From Cenococcum geophilum (taxonomy: Eukaryota), in contig CP158636.1 of NCBI GenBank assembly GCA_050273025.1, positions 5,270,001 to 5,334,000 of the forward strand: DNA of 64,000 nt, given 5' to 3'. Shown in pieces: positions 10,801 to 24,200 of this stretch. The notes under the pieces were generated by a model, which made no database searches, was not told the origin of the DNA, and worked only from the letters and a program-made list of their open reading frames with translations. Numbering within the stretch: the stretch's first letter is position 1; every line of letters begins with the position of its first letter. The position numbers and the translations under genes were made by a program.

Positions 10801-13800
10801 AAGTTATTAACTTCTTAACCTCCTTCTAAGCTGCGCGTTTCTTAAAAAATATATTAGCTAGAAACGTATAGGAGACCCTTTGGTTATACTAGATTAATAT
10901 CTATTTAGGACCCCCTAATTAAATCGTCTATAATATAGGAAAGAACTTCTTATCTATAGAGTTTTAATAATAGATAAAGGCAATAGCAATTAAGGTTAAG
11001 GAAGTCCCTATTAAGGCATATAATAGTATTAGAAAAGTGGAATAATATTATACGCCATTACGCCGCGTATATAAGATTATCTCTTTAAAACTAAAGGACG
11101 CTAGTGAAGAACTTACCTTATAAATAGCTGTTAAAGCTGTTAATAATTCCATTAGCCCAAATAGACTCGTACCTATATTGCTAGTCTTTAGCGCCTACCC
11201 TTAAATAACTAATAATTCTTTACTATTTCCCTCCGTTATATAATAAGCTAAGGCTATTCACAAGGCAATAAAGGAGGTGCAACATCTCTACGCCACACGC
11301 TAGGTTAACGACATACTAGAAATAAGAAATAGCCTAAATACCTTAACTATACTTAACCTGCCACTCCAGTCTAAGGTACGCGTATAACATAAAAAGGGAG
11401 AATAGTTAGGCCTATACTAACTCATTATAATTAATAGTTAAACTTATACTATTTAGATACCTTATAGACCTACTTAATTCCGTTTAACTATTATTAAGCC
11501 TTACTATAAAGATAATAATTCCAAGCCTTTATAGGATGCCCCAGAAGATACCCTAAAAGAAAACCACAATTAATATACTCTAGAAGGCGACTACAATCCC
11601 AATATAATTATAGTAGATACGCTATAACCACGACGCGGTAGAGGTCGCCCGAAGGGATTATAAAATCACTAATATCTTATTAATTTTAAAGAATAATTTG
11701 TTGCCGCCATTAAGAATAGAGTTAAGTTATTAATAGCCTTTTTAACAGCTAAGGAGAAGGCTAACTTTAAACTCGCAAAACAGCTTTAAAAGGAAGGTTG
11801 TATTATAACTCCAGGAGCTCCTTTCTAAGCATCCGATAAGTAGGAGATCGATAGTCTTATTATAAGAGGAGTCTTTAAATTCAAAAAGTATAACCCTACT
11901 AAGTTTAATAGAGTTTATATCTTTAAGTTAAGAATAGTTAATAAGATTAAGGGCAAAGCTACTAACGCCCTATTTAAGAAATTAAGGCTTGTCATCTAAG
12001 ATTATAATAATAATAGTAAGAAGGTAATTCTTACGTAATCTCCTATAATTTAATAAGCTAGTTAGCAAGTTATTATTACGCTAGCTCCCTCCTTAATAAA
12101 GAACGGAATGGCGGTTTATTTATAAGATATTACTTAAGCCTATACTTAATTAGAGACGCCCCTTTAGCGCTTAATACTGGCATACCTTCTAGAGCAAATT
12201 CGCTACCAGTATCCTAAAGATACGATCATAGCTGTGCTTAAGCCATTGTATAAAATCGCAAAGGCAGAAACTCACTAGTAGGCTACCTATAGCAAGCACT
12301 ATAAAAAGAAGCTTTTAATAACTACTTCTATATTTAATCCCTACTTCCTTATTACAACTACGGGAACCCTATTTGGAATTATCAGTATATAAACTAATAA
12401 TATAATTATCTTAGGAGATAACCAATTCTTAGCTCTTAAAGAGGATAAGCTAATAAAGGCAAATCTTATAGCAAAGCTAAAGGAAAAGCTTAACTTAACA
12501 ATACTATTACTCTTTAATAGATGCATCCTTTCCCTAAATAAGGATTCTATTGCTTTACGCCAGAAGGGTTAAGGCAAGAAGATTAACGTTATTAACATTA
12601 ATTCTCTAAAGTAAGGATATATAGAGTAACGTGCTTGCGGAGCTTATATTGCTTCTATCTATTAACCTAAGACTTTATTTAATATCTCTATTACGGCTTA
12701 ACACTAAAAACTAACTAAGGACGATATCCTTACCCTAAATAAGCGTCTTTTCTAGCAAATAAACTATCTTAATTAGGGACTACTCTATATACCTATTAAT
12801 CTTCCTACCGCCAAGCTCTTTATATTTGTTAATAGATTATTTATAAATAATAAAGATTTTAGCTCCCAGTTAGGATATAAGATTATTATCACGAACGAAT
12901 TTACTAGAGAGAATAACTTCATAATTTATAGCAATCTTATTTATTAAAGCTTAACTAAGAGCAAGCGCGTTACTTAAAGTATTTTAGCATTAGAGATATA
13001 TAGAATGGTTGGTGGAGTTAATATAGCAATTGCAATTAGAACTACCCTAAAGATAATTATAGATTAACTTAAACTTTCTATTATCCCTATAATCGTGTGC
13101 ACTAACTTATATTCCCTCTATAAGTATTTAGTTAAGCTCGGTACTATAAAGGAGAAGCGCCTTATAATTAATATTATAGCACTTTGGCAATCCTATAAGC
13201 GTTAAAAACTCTTTAAGATTTAATAAATTAATAGCTAAGATAACCCGGTAGATGTAATAATAAAGGCGAACCTAAACAAGGCACTAGAGACGTTTATTAA
13301 CACAAATACTCTATATATACGAGTTAAAGGTTAGGTTAAAAGGGAGTCCCTAGAAATTTCTTAGTCACATAAGGTCTTAAGATGTTTAGGAACTTTAACC
13401 GGCGGTCAAAGTTGTCTAATTAGTTAGATTCTGCAAACCCTAACTCAAACCAGCCAATTAGGATTTTCTATCCCCAAGATAGAAAATCGCTATTAGCTCG
13501 CTTACCGCTAGCGCCTTAGCGGCCCTACTAACAAGATACCTACCCATAACTTATAAGTAAGAAAGCACCACATGCGAAGGGGCAAATTTTGGGACAGCGA
13601 GACTTATATTACAATAGTAATAGTAAGTAAAAAGAATTAATTTTTTGTTCCGCTAGTTAAGCGGTATATATATATAGATAGCAACCACAAAAGAAGAGTT
13701 GCTAGTATTAGAAATAAAGGCAAATAGTTACCATATAAGGCATATTGCCGTCACGTATAGCAAGTTACCATCACGTGCCGCCGCGGCACTAGCGTGGTGA

Positions 13801-13905
13801 GGAACCTTAAGTTCCTTATCCCTTTCTTTAAGAAGAAAAGAAGAATAATAACTATTATACTATCTACGAACCGTAGCTACGTAATATCCCCTTATAAGTC
13901 TAACA
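7835..13905 (+). mobile_element. Copia A: Ty1/Copia LTR retrotransposon (GalEa-like), RIPed; 200-bp LTRs 7835-8034 and 13706-13905
   Basis: TSD GTTAT (7830-7834, 13906-13910). Domain order gag zinc knuckle, protease, integrase (LHRRFGH), RT (KSRLVIQ), RNase H (EKRLMID, NPVDAMTK). CTAATTAGT directly after the 5' LTR. Confidence 0.92.
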
Positions 13906-15213
13906 GTTATATAAGGACCTTATATTACTAGAAGTCGTTAATTAAATTAAGTTAGTAATTAATAAGAGGTTTAAAAAGTATAAGAGATTAAAATATAAGG
14001 ATTATAGAGAGTCTTTCCGGCTTTAAAATACTTATATATTTTGGTTACTATAGGGTTAAGTAATTAATAAGGCTATTAGGCTTATATGGGATAAATAGAA
14101 AGTTGTTAAATCTAACTATAGACAGTTTAGCTAGCTTGCTAAGGACAGTAAGAAGTATAGGCCGCTTAAAAGCGATCACGTTATTACCCGCATATATTAG
14201 CGGCTCCTAGAGTTCTATATACGAAGATTTAATACTAAGGACGGCTATAGCAAATACAGCTACTATTTAGAGTAAGGTAACTGTAATCTTCCTATTTAAT
14301 ATAGCCTCCTATATTATTATTAGATAGAAAAGGCTCTATAGAAATTAGTGTTGTTGCTATTAAGCCTTCTTTACCCCTAATAGCTACTTAACGGGCCGCC
14401 TGTTATTAGATTTAATTAGCAATTAAGTTATAACACCTAACTTAGTCCTAATAATAAAGCTATTACCAACGGTAACTGCTTTAGCAATAATGGAGCAGAT
14501 ATAGCATTAGGTGCGGCGACTGTAGTATATAATATAATTACTAAATTATACCCTACTAAGCAAGCAGAAGTTCTTATAGACTTATTTTAGTAGTAGACTT
14601 AATAGCTTCTTCTTAAGTTTAAAGGGGTGCGTAGAAAGGATAATACTATACTAATAGAGCTACCTAATCTGGTCTAGACTTTAAAGGTAAAGTTTAAAAA
14701 GAAGGGTAAGGCTAATAAACGTGGTTTTACTGGCCTTAAGTAAGCTAAGAGGGCTGTAAAGCATAAAAAGTAGGTAAAATAACAGAAATCTTAACAGAAG
14801 AAGAGATAGAGATTAGTAGTAGGGGTCTATAAGGAGCTTAAAATATCGTTAAATACACTACCTATATTAACTGCACTTATGAGACTACAGTGCTTACTAT
14901 AAGCGGCTGCTAATAAGCGGAAACGTTAGTTAACCTAGTTGTTAACCTTATCCAAATCCTCTTAAGAGTAACCGTCGATAATGTTAAATATATTCGTCCG
15001 TCTATATCCTACACTAGTATCCTCTAGCTAGAACTCTAAAGATTCTAATAACTCCGATAACTCCCTTACGCAGCTAAATACTTAGGACTTTAGGTCGTCA
15101 CAATTTAAAATATAAGCTATAGTTATTCTACCTATATAACTAAGTAAGGTCCTAACCACGAGGGTTATTATATATTTTATTAATACATTAAATTCGTTAG
15201 GTAATTATTATAT

Positions 15214-18200
15214 CTTAAAAAAGGAGCTCTTGCTACACCTGGCCTAAAAAGACCAAAACCAACCAAAAGAACCCTGAAAAACACCTAGAGAATCCCCCTA
15301 AGATGCATACATCGTAGGGAAGGCACACGTTAAACAACGGTGGCTCGCACTTGCGCGCGACCGCTAAAACTACGCCTAGCAATGGCCCTCTATAATAAAG
15401 ACGGGCGAATACCATATTATAAAGCGGAAATACCTCTATTAAGAAGGCATCTAATAAAATATAAAGCCTATTAGATGCGTCTAGTATCTAAAATTATAGG
15501 GGAGTAACTGTTAGCTATAATAAACTAATATAGCTAGTAGAATGGCTTCGCTAGTCTAGTAAACCTTAGGCGCCCCTTTAGTAAACCCTTAATTAAATCC
15601 TCTAACGGCTAAGTAAAATTAAAAATAAGTATAACCCCCCTTTACTGGTGAACCGCACCTAGGCCGCTATAGCTATACTTTTATAGTATAGGGAACCTAC
15701 CCCCCTTAAGTTAATAACCGGGTATATAATTATAATATAACTAAATATAGAATAAGTAGAAGGGCTTAGGGGATAATTAGAAATAGAAGTCCTTATAGAG
15801 ATATATAAAGAGGTTTATAATACTGTTATAGTCTAATACCTTAAGAGCGGAGATATTAGAGTTACCCTAAAGGATTAATAGGCAAAGAAATAAGCTATAA
15901 GGGTAGGGGATAGGCTAGGAGAATGTATTAGCATAAAAGTACTCTATAAGGATTACCTAGTTAAAGTCCTAGTGGTTCCTATAAGCCTTAAGGTAGAAAA
16001 GGGACGCTAGGTGGATAATATAGTAATTATATAGGAGATAGTAAGATAAATGGAACGCCTTATACTAGAACTTGAAATCACCCAAATCTAATAGCTTTAA
16101 TAGGAAAATATAAACTAAGTATATAATAAGAATAATAAAAGGATATAAGGGTCGCTGGAGACTTGCTAGGGAGATACTAGATAAACGCATGGCTCCCTTA
16201 TCGTCAGTATATATATACTAGGAATGCAAAAACTCCTTATCTAAAAAGGAATAATTATAAATAGCCTTATATATAATATAAGGCTCTATAACTATAGACT
16301 ACGCCTAGAATAATGCTATTACTATATATAATAGGGACACACCTAATCTATATGCGTAGTATAGGTATACTGCGGCCACTATATAGGCCCCTATAATATA
16401 AGATATTGCTTAAATTAAGACTAAATAAAATGTATAAACTGCCACTAAAGCATATATAAGGCGTAGGAGAGAGAAGACTGCATTAAATATAGGAGACGGA
16501 AGGTAAGGGCTTAATAGCTGCGGAAATAACTATATACTAGGTTATATAAATGGAAATAATAGGCGATAAGCTAGGGGGACGTAGGCGCCTTTTTAGCGTT
16601 TTCTACCTTTAATACTAGAGGGCTAGGCCAGCTATCCTAAGCCTTAATAGGCCAGAAGTGATGCCGCGCGATATTACTAGACTAATTAGGGATATAAGGG
16701 TCACAGGGGATATAAGGGAGAGGACGCCCTGTAGAAAGACCCCTATAGATAGCGACAGTAGGCTTAAGACTAGGATAATTAAGAATTAGACTTAATGCGG
16801 TAAATATAATATTTATAGCTAACCTATAAAGGGTATATAGCTGACTAGTAAGAATAGGGGAAGAACTAGTAATAGTAACAGATTTAGATATAGAAGCGCT
16901 AATAAGAATATAAGATATGGGAATAAAAAGCTCTATATAAAATAAGTAGTAACTAGGGTGTAGATATAAGAGATAGAAGCTCCAAATATTTTAGAGAAAG
17001 TAAAAATAGAAGAAGTGAGGAATAAAGGAGAGTTAAAGGACCCTCGCTAGGGGTCCGCTACCTATCTATTATATAGTATAACTACGGCAATATAAACCAC
17101 CGCCTTGTAAGGCCCCTACTAGATAGTCTAGACCTAGAGAAATATTATATCCTTGCTATATAAGAACCGTATTATAATACCTTTATATAATTAATATACT
17201 GCCCCTAAGGATTCTAGCTTCTATATAAACTAAAAGTAGCTATACGCGTGTGCTTTATAATTAGCAAGGCTATTAGCCTATCCTTATAGTTATAGTAGGC
17301 AGTTAACCTAGATATTATAGTTATAATAATCTAAATATATAGGGGACCGGTATAAATTATTAATGTATATAACCCTAGGGTTAAAGGGGTCCTATAAATA
17401 GAGAATATTATATTAGTAATAAGCTTACTAAAAACTAAAGATATAGAGTTTATCCTACTAGGAAACATAAACCTCTACTACCCGCGGTAGGGGGGCATCT
17501 ATATTGCTATAGATTAATAGTTAAAGTGCCTACTAAGAGCTATAGATATCTGGGGCCTTAAGCTAGCTACCCCCCTAGGAGTAATTATATAGTAATAAGG
17601 CACTGCTAGAAGTATAATTGACCTTATATTTATAGATAAAGGCCTATACTAGAGACTTAAAAGGTATAACCCTAAAGAAGAATAGGCACTTACCCTAGAC
17701 TATATCCCTATTTAGATATAGCTAGACCTAAATACTAAAGCGTAATTAAATAGAAAAAGATACGCAATAAGGAAGCTGTTAGGTGAAACCTAAGTAGATA
17801 GTTATATAGCCGTAAGGTATGGGCGACCCTGGGGCAACCTAGGGGTAACTCGCCCGTAAGGCACGTGCTCTACACGTACCTAGGGAAAACCCTTCCTACC
17901 TCGTATATAGACTCCTCCTTTTCCCTTAAGGATTCGTCTCTGTCTATATAATATACCTATTATTCTATTATTGGACTCCCTATCCACATCCTTACCTTAT
18001 ATTTAAATCCTTACTAATCCCCTTAGGAGGATAGCCGGTTTAATTTTTCTATAATGCCTCCGAAAAGAAAACCGACGCCTATACCCGATGGTAATACGCT
18101 AGCGATGCAACCGCAGAACGCTTTAGGATCTAGTGTAGACGAAACCGCTAGAAGCATACTAGTAGCATCTAAGCCATTCTCTAAATCCTAAAATGATTAG

Positions 18201-21200
18201 ATATCTACGAACGCTAAAGACCAGTTTAACTTATATACCTAGGCTTAATAGGAGCTTAGTAAGGTTACTAGCGTCCTACCTAATACCGCTGATATAAAGG
18301 AGCTAGATAAGCTAGCTAAGAAAATAGCCAACTTATAGAGCATTATTGATTCGATAAAGCCCTCCTGTTACCTCTTTAGTAAAGAGTACGAGTTATATGG
18401 CGAACGTATACGCCGATTAAATCTCGACGCCCTAGTTAAGAAGTCACCACCTGATATTAGCGGTACTACTTAACAGTATTTTAACTGGTGGATTGCCGCA
18501 GTTAAGAACCGATTTGAGGTTAATGACGCTGACTACGACTGTAAGCGACGCACGCGTTAGGCCATTAAAGGTCTTATAAAAGAGAAGATAATCGCCCAAC
18601 TAGTTTATTGCCGGTTAGGCACTAAGGATAAGGGTCCCTTACTATGGGACGAATTTAAGACTATGGTCTAAGACTAGATTAGGAACCCTATAGTAAGACG
18701 CTTTAATAACGCTACAACGTACTATATAGCTGTTATGAAGGAGAACTAGAGGTTTAACGTCTTCCTAGCCTATATACGTAGCTTAGAGGACCTCTTCTTA
18801 TATACCCCTTTTGTTAATCCTAAATAATAAGTAGACTTTTAGTTCTTATGTCTTCCAGCCTACCTATAAGTAGAGCTCTTCCGCCAGAACTTTGCCTAAT
18901 AGGTGAGAACTGTTAAAAACCTCTTTAACGAAATCTGCTGTGTAGAGCAATTGCTTAATACCATAAAGCTCGCAGAAGATCGCGTAAGTGGCAGCGGCAA
19001 ATCATTGCGTATAAAGCGCGGTTGTAGCATAGGCTTTATAGACTTAGGCTTAGGGAACAGAACCTAAAAAGGGCGACGCTTTTCTAAGTAAACTCCTGGG
19101 GAGACTACCTAAAAGCCGGATGGCTTAGGGGACCCCCCGGATGCTAGTGCTACGTAGGCGAGTTAAAGGACCGTAGGCGGCCACCGTAAGGAACACTAGA
19201 AGTAGGCTAAAGAGAAGTTAGCTTAGGCTTTGGAAAACCTAAAGCCCTAGTAGTGTATCTTTTTTGACTGTAACTAGGGCCTAATATAGAGGGAGAGAAG
19301 AAACGTATTATGGTATATATTGCGATAGATATGCCCTAGGGCGAAGTCCGCCTACGTACCTTATACGATAATAGGTGCCAAATTAACCTTATTAATTAAG
19401 ACGTTGTCTATAGGTTTAACCTGCCTATACGCTATACGCTACGTTTATATAAACCTATCGCACGTTTCCTTAATAGTAACTAGATGATAATCTGGGATGC
19501 TTATAATCTAACGGTTACCACTAGTGACTTCTAGGGTACCCCTCGTACTATCGGCCCACAGACCTTTTAGGGCGGCTTATTTAATAGTTATAATATAGTT
19601 CTTAAATAGGATTAGCTTATAGAAGCAGATCTATTAATTAGCTTCCGTTCTAGATAGTTTGTTTAGGGTACTTTAGACCCTAGACGCCTTTAGATAGTTA
19701 CCCTTAACGCTCTCCTAGTAGATATTAAGGCTGGCGAAATAGTCTATTTGCTATGGCTAGAAGACTTCTTCTTTACGCCGGTTGTAAATATAATAGAGGA
19801 CCTGTTATTACTGGTAGCGAGTACCTGTGCAGACCCTCCGGATATAGAGACACTAGTTGTGAATATAGTAGAGGACCTGCCGTTACTAGCAGCGAGTACC
19901 TGTAGAGACCCTCCGGTGCCGGCGCAGATCACCTATATATAAGGGGGAGGTGATTGAAACCCTAAAACTATTAAGTATACTACAGTAGAGCTGTATGTAC
20001 TCTCTATGCGAGTATACCTACAAAACGCATGTCAGCCGCACCCTTCTTTTCACTGGCTCCCGGAAGCACACTACTATATAATGGTCGCTTCGACCTCCGT
20101 GGCCCCCGGCCTACCAAATGTATACAAGGAGGAAATTGATGTCTTCTCTAACGAGCTAGTAAGCATGCTACCGCAGAACTCTGAGTACGACCATGCGATT
20201 AACTTAAAAGAAGGCAAGACGCTACCGCAAATGCCCCTCTATAACCTCTTATAGAAAGAGTTATAGATCTTATAAGAGTACCTGGACAGTGCTCTCAAAA
20301 AGGGCTGGATTAGGCCCAGTAAGTCGCCTACTAGAGCGCCTATCCTCTTTGTGCCGAAAGTAGACGGTATAATGCGGCTATGCGTCGACTACAGACGCCT
20401 AAATAAGATCACGATTAAAAATTGGTACCCCCTACCACTAGTCGGCGAACTCTTTAATAGGCTTAGCTATGCGAAGATATTTATAAAGCTAGATCTTTAT
20501 GATACGTACTATAGGATTTATATTAAAAAGGGAGACGAATAGAAGACCGTATTTAAGACATGCTATGGTTACTTTAAGTACCTAGTAATGCCCTTTAGTC
20601 TTACTAACGCCCCTATAACTTTTCAGAGCTATATTTATAAAGCTCTAGGAACCCTAGTGGATACTATCTACGTAGTCTACCTAGATAATATTCTTATCTA
20701 CTTAAATAATAAGGATAAGTACGTTAAGCACGTTAAGCAGGTACTATAACAGCTCCGCGCTTGGGGCCTATACGCTAAACTATTAAAATGCATCTTTTAT
20801 ACTAAGAACGTTAAGTTCTTAGGCTTTATTATTACCCCTAGGGGTATTGTAATAGACCCTAACCGCGTAAAAGCTATTAAGGAATGGCCTAAGCCTAAGT
20901 CCTATAGGGATATCTAGGTCTTCCTTAGCTTTGCTAACTTCTATAGGCAATTTATCTGGAACTACTCAGATACCGCATACCCCCTATACGCATATCTTGT
21001 ATAGGCATATTACAACCCGACGTTAGATGGGGAGAAGAAGAGGAAGCGTAAGTCAAAAGGGCCTACTAAATGGTATCAACCCTGGTCCTGGCCCGATAAC
21101 ACGCAGTAGGCGTTTTGTAAGCTACGCGCTGCGTTTATATAGGCTCCTTTACTTCGCTACTTTAACCCTAATCTACCCCTAATGGTAATTACTAACGCTT

Positions 21201-24200
21201 CCGACTATACCTATAGCGGTATACTTCTGCAGCCTTTAGGGTAAGGAGATTAACTCTACTAGCACCCAATTGCTTATTGTAGTTAGAAGCTTACTAGCCT
21301 AAAAGTATAGTACGATACGTATAATAAAGAACTACTCGCTATAGTGCAATGCTTTAAGATGTGGCGCTATTACCTTAAATACGCCGCGTATGTAACGCGC
21401 GTGCTCTGTGATTATAATAATCTCCGGTACTTTATAACCACTAAGAGCTTATCTGCTTGCTAGGCCTAGTACGCTAAGAAACTGGCTAAGTTTAATTTTA
21501 AGATTGAATATAAGCTAGGCAAGATAAATCCTGCTAATATACTATCCTGGCGCCCGGATTATGCTAAAGGCTTTAAAGATAGTAGTAAGAGGATACTCCT
21601 TAATGCTATACTGCCTACATTATAGCAAAAGTTGCGGGTTATGGGCCTTATAGGCGGCCCTAGTACTACTATACTACACTAGCGAGTAGTATATATATAG
21701 TATGCGAGTAACTCTTATAAACTTGGCGCCGGCAAACTAGAGCGTCCTGCTATTCTCTTTAAGACCACTTTAACCGGCCTAATGGCGTTTAACCCTAGGG
21801 AAGACCCCTTAGCCTAGGCTATAGTCCCCCGCGACGACCTAGCGAGTTACCTATATATTATATATTACTTCGCTAGCACCGACTTTGCGCAGAGTCTCGT
21901 GCTATGGCAAGAAGTAGTAGTAGCTGCTTTAGCCAAAACGGCGTTTATGGAATAACCCCCTAAGTTACTAGTTAATTTTATTCGTGGAGTACAAAAAAGG
22001 GACGCCTTTACACGCTCTATATGTGATTAGTTAACTTAAAAACAAGTTCCTGCCGGTAATAAGGACTATACCTTTAATAATTAAGGACCCCTAAGGTAAA
22101 ACAATAAGGTCTAGGTGCCGAATTATATACTATTATAATAGGAGATCCTTAAGCGAAATCATGACGATCCTATGGGCGGCTATTATAGTTTTAACCGTAT
22201 CTTTAAGGTAATTGCGCGGAAGTATGCTTAGAACGGCCTTACCTAGGACCTCCGCAAATACCTGGATAATTATAATGCCTATTAACGCTCCAAATCGCGC
22301 CGCTATAAACCCTATGGTGAGCTGCAGCCTCTCTAGGCCCCTACCTAAGCCTGGCGGTATTATTTACTTAACTTTATTACGGATCTCCTAGAGTCTAAGA
22401 CTCCTAATGGCGTAGAGTATAACTCCGTCCTTATTTTTATAGACCGTTTTATAAAGCTAGTGCGCTACTATCTAGTGCGTAAGATAATTGATGCTACGCA
22501 ACTCGTAGAACTCTTATTTAGAGTCTTTATATAAACAGGGCCTTTAAATAATATTATCTCCGATAGGGGTAGTGTATTTATAAGCGAGTACTAAAGCACT
22601 ATGTGCTACTATCTCCGCGTTTAACGTAAACTTAGTACTATATTCCACCCGTAAATAGATAGGTAGATAGAGCGTTAGAACTAGGAGCTTAAGGTATACC
22701 TACGTATATTTACGAACTGGGAATAGTCTAATTAGGCCTCCCTATTTAAAGAAGTAGCCTTTACCTATAACTCTAAGGTCCATACTATAATAAAGCGTTC
22801 CCCTATTAAGCTCGCCTATAGCTAGCTACTAAACGTCCTAAACGGAGTCCTGGATAGTGTCTAAGACGCTTAGTAAGGTAGGGAGGGGTCTAAGTTAACG
22901 AATGTCTAACTCATAGAGACGCACCTATAACGCCTACGCCTTATATATAAGGTAGCGGCGGCGTCAATAATGTACGCCTAAAAGCTTTAGGTAAAATACT
23001 ATAATCGTCACTATCTGGCCAAGCATTTCGCCGTCGGTAAACGAGTCCTACTCTCCTCCAAGAACATCCGCATGAAACGTCCTTATAAAAAGCTTAACTA
23101 TAAGTTTATGGGACCGTTTTAGATCCTAGAGCGCGTAGGGCAGCAAGTATATAAGCTAGAGCTTCTACCTGCTATAGTACGGCTCTACCTAGTCTTCTAT
23201 ATCTCCCTACTAGAGCCTTACAGGTCACGCCCTGGGTTTTAACCCCTAGCAGTAAAAGAGCTTAAGGAAGGCAGCTAGGAAGTAGAAGTAATCGTCGCCT
23301 ACTAGGATTATGCTGGATAACCGCAGTACCTTATTAAATGGCTAGGATGGCTAAATAAGTATAATAAATGGAAATACGAGATAGAACTCGAGAATTGTTA
23401 ATAACTGCTAGATAAGTACCGTAAGTGGGACACCCTAGCCTTACAGCCGAAGCGTAGGCGAAAAGTAAGCACCGCTGTTAAAATATAACCTACATTAAAG
23501 CGGAGTAGAGGACGTCCTAAGGGATTAAAGAATAAGCAACGACTGCTATAAGAACTGCGGCATATATATAGGGTAAAGTTTTAATTCATTAATATTCTAC
23601 GCCTGTTTATAACCAGGGTCCATTTAACTAAGGTCCACAACCTGCTGGTAACCCGCTAGTGGTAACCTATACTAACAACTTATACTATTCTATGTATATA
23701 CTACGTAGATAACGCATAAGGCTAAAGCATGGGTCAGCGGCGGATTTAATAGGTATATAGCCTTACCGTCCTAAACCTGGCTATATATAAGTAACCTATA
23801 AACCTACCCGCGAAGTATATACGGCGCTACGCTGGTATAGCGTAAGGTTAAAGTAGGGTCAGCGGCGGGTTTAATAGGCATATAGCCTTACTATCTATGA
23901 ATCTAGCTGTATGCGAATAACCTATGACCGACCCGTGAGGTACTAGCGACCTGCCTATATAAGCGAGCTTTTGGAATATTTCTAATCTACTAAATTTAGG
24001 TAATGGTATTAAGCTCTACTAGCTCTACCTGTTAAATGGACTAATTAGGATTTTCTATACTGGGCATATAAAATTGCTACTAGCTTGGTTAAATGCGGGG
24101 GAGTCTTAGCAAGGCAAATCTAACTAATTAGATAACTTTAACCGCTGGTTGAAGTTCCTTAACATCTTTGCGCCGCGCATGTATACTACCCGTCTCTCTA

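Larger units (their letters stand above)
5440..15150 (+). pseudogene. RIP-inactivated MULE transposase, split by the TRIM and Copia A
   Basis: De-RIPed reading gives DATFSTNQLHMPL (~6820-6860), ISDQGAG (~7450), QLCEWH (~7520) and QRGESIH (~7795). The frame continues across both TSDs. Probable intron ~6274-6719. End approximate. Confidence 0.75.
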
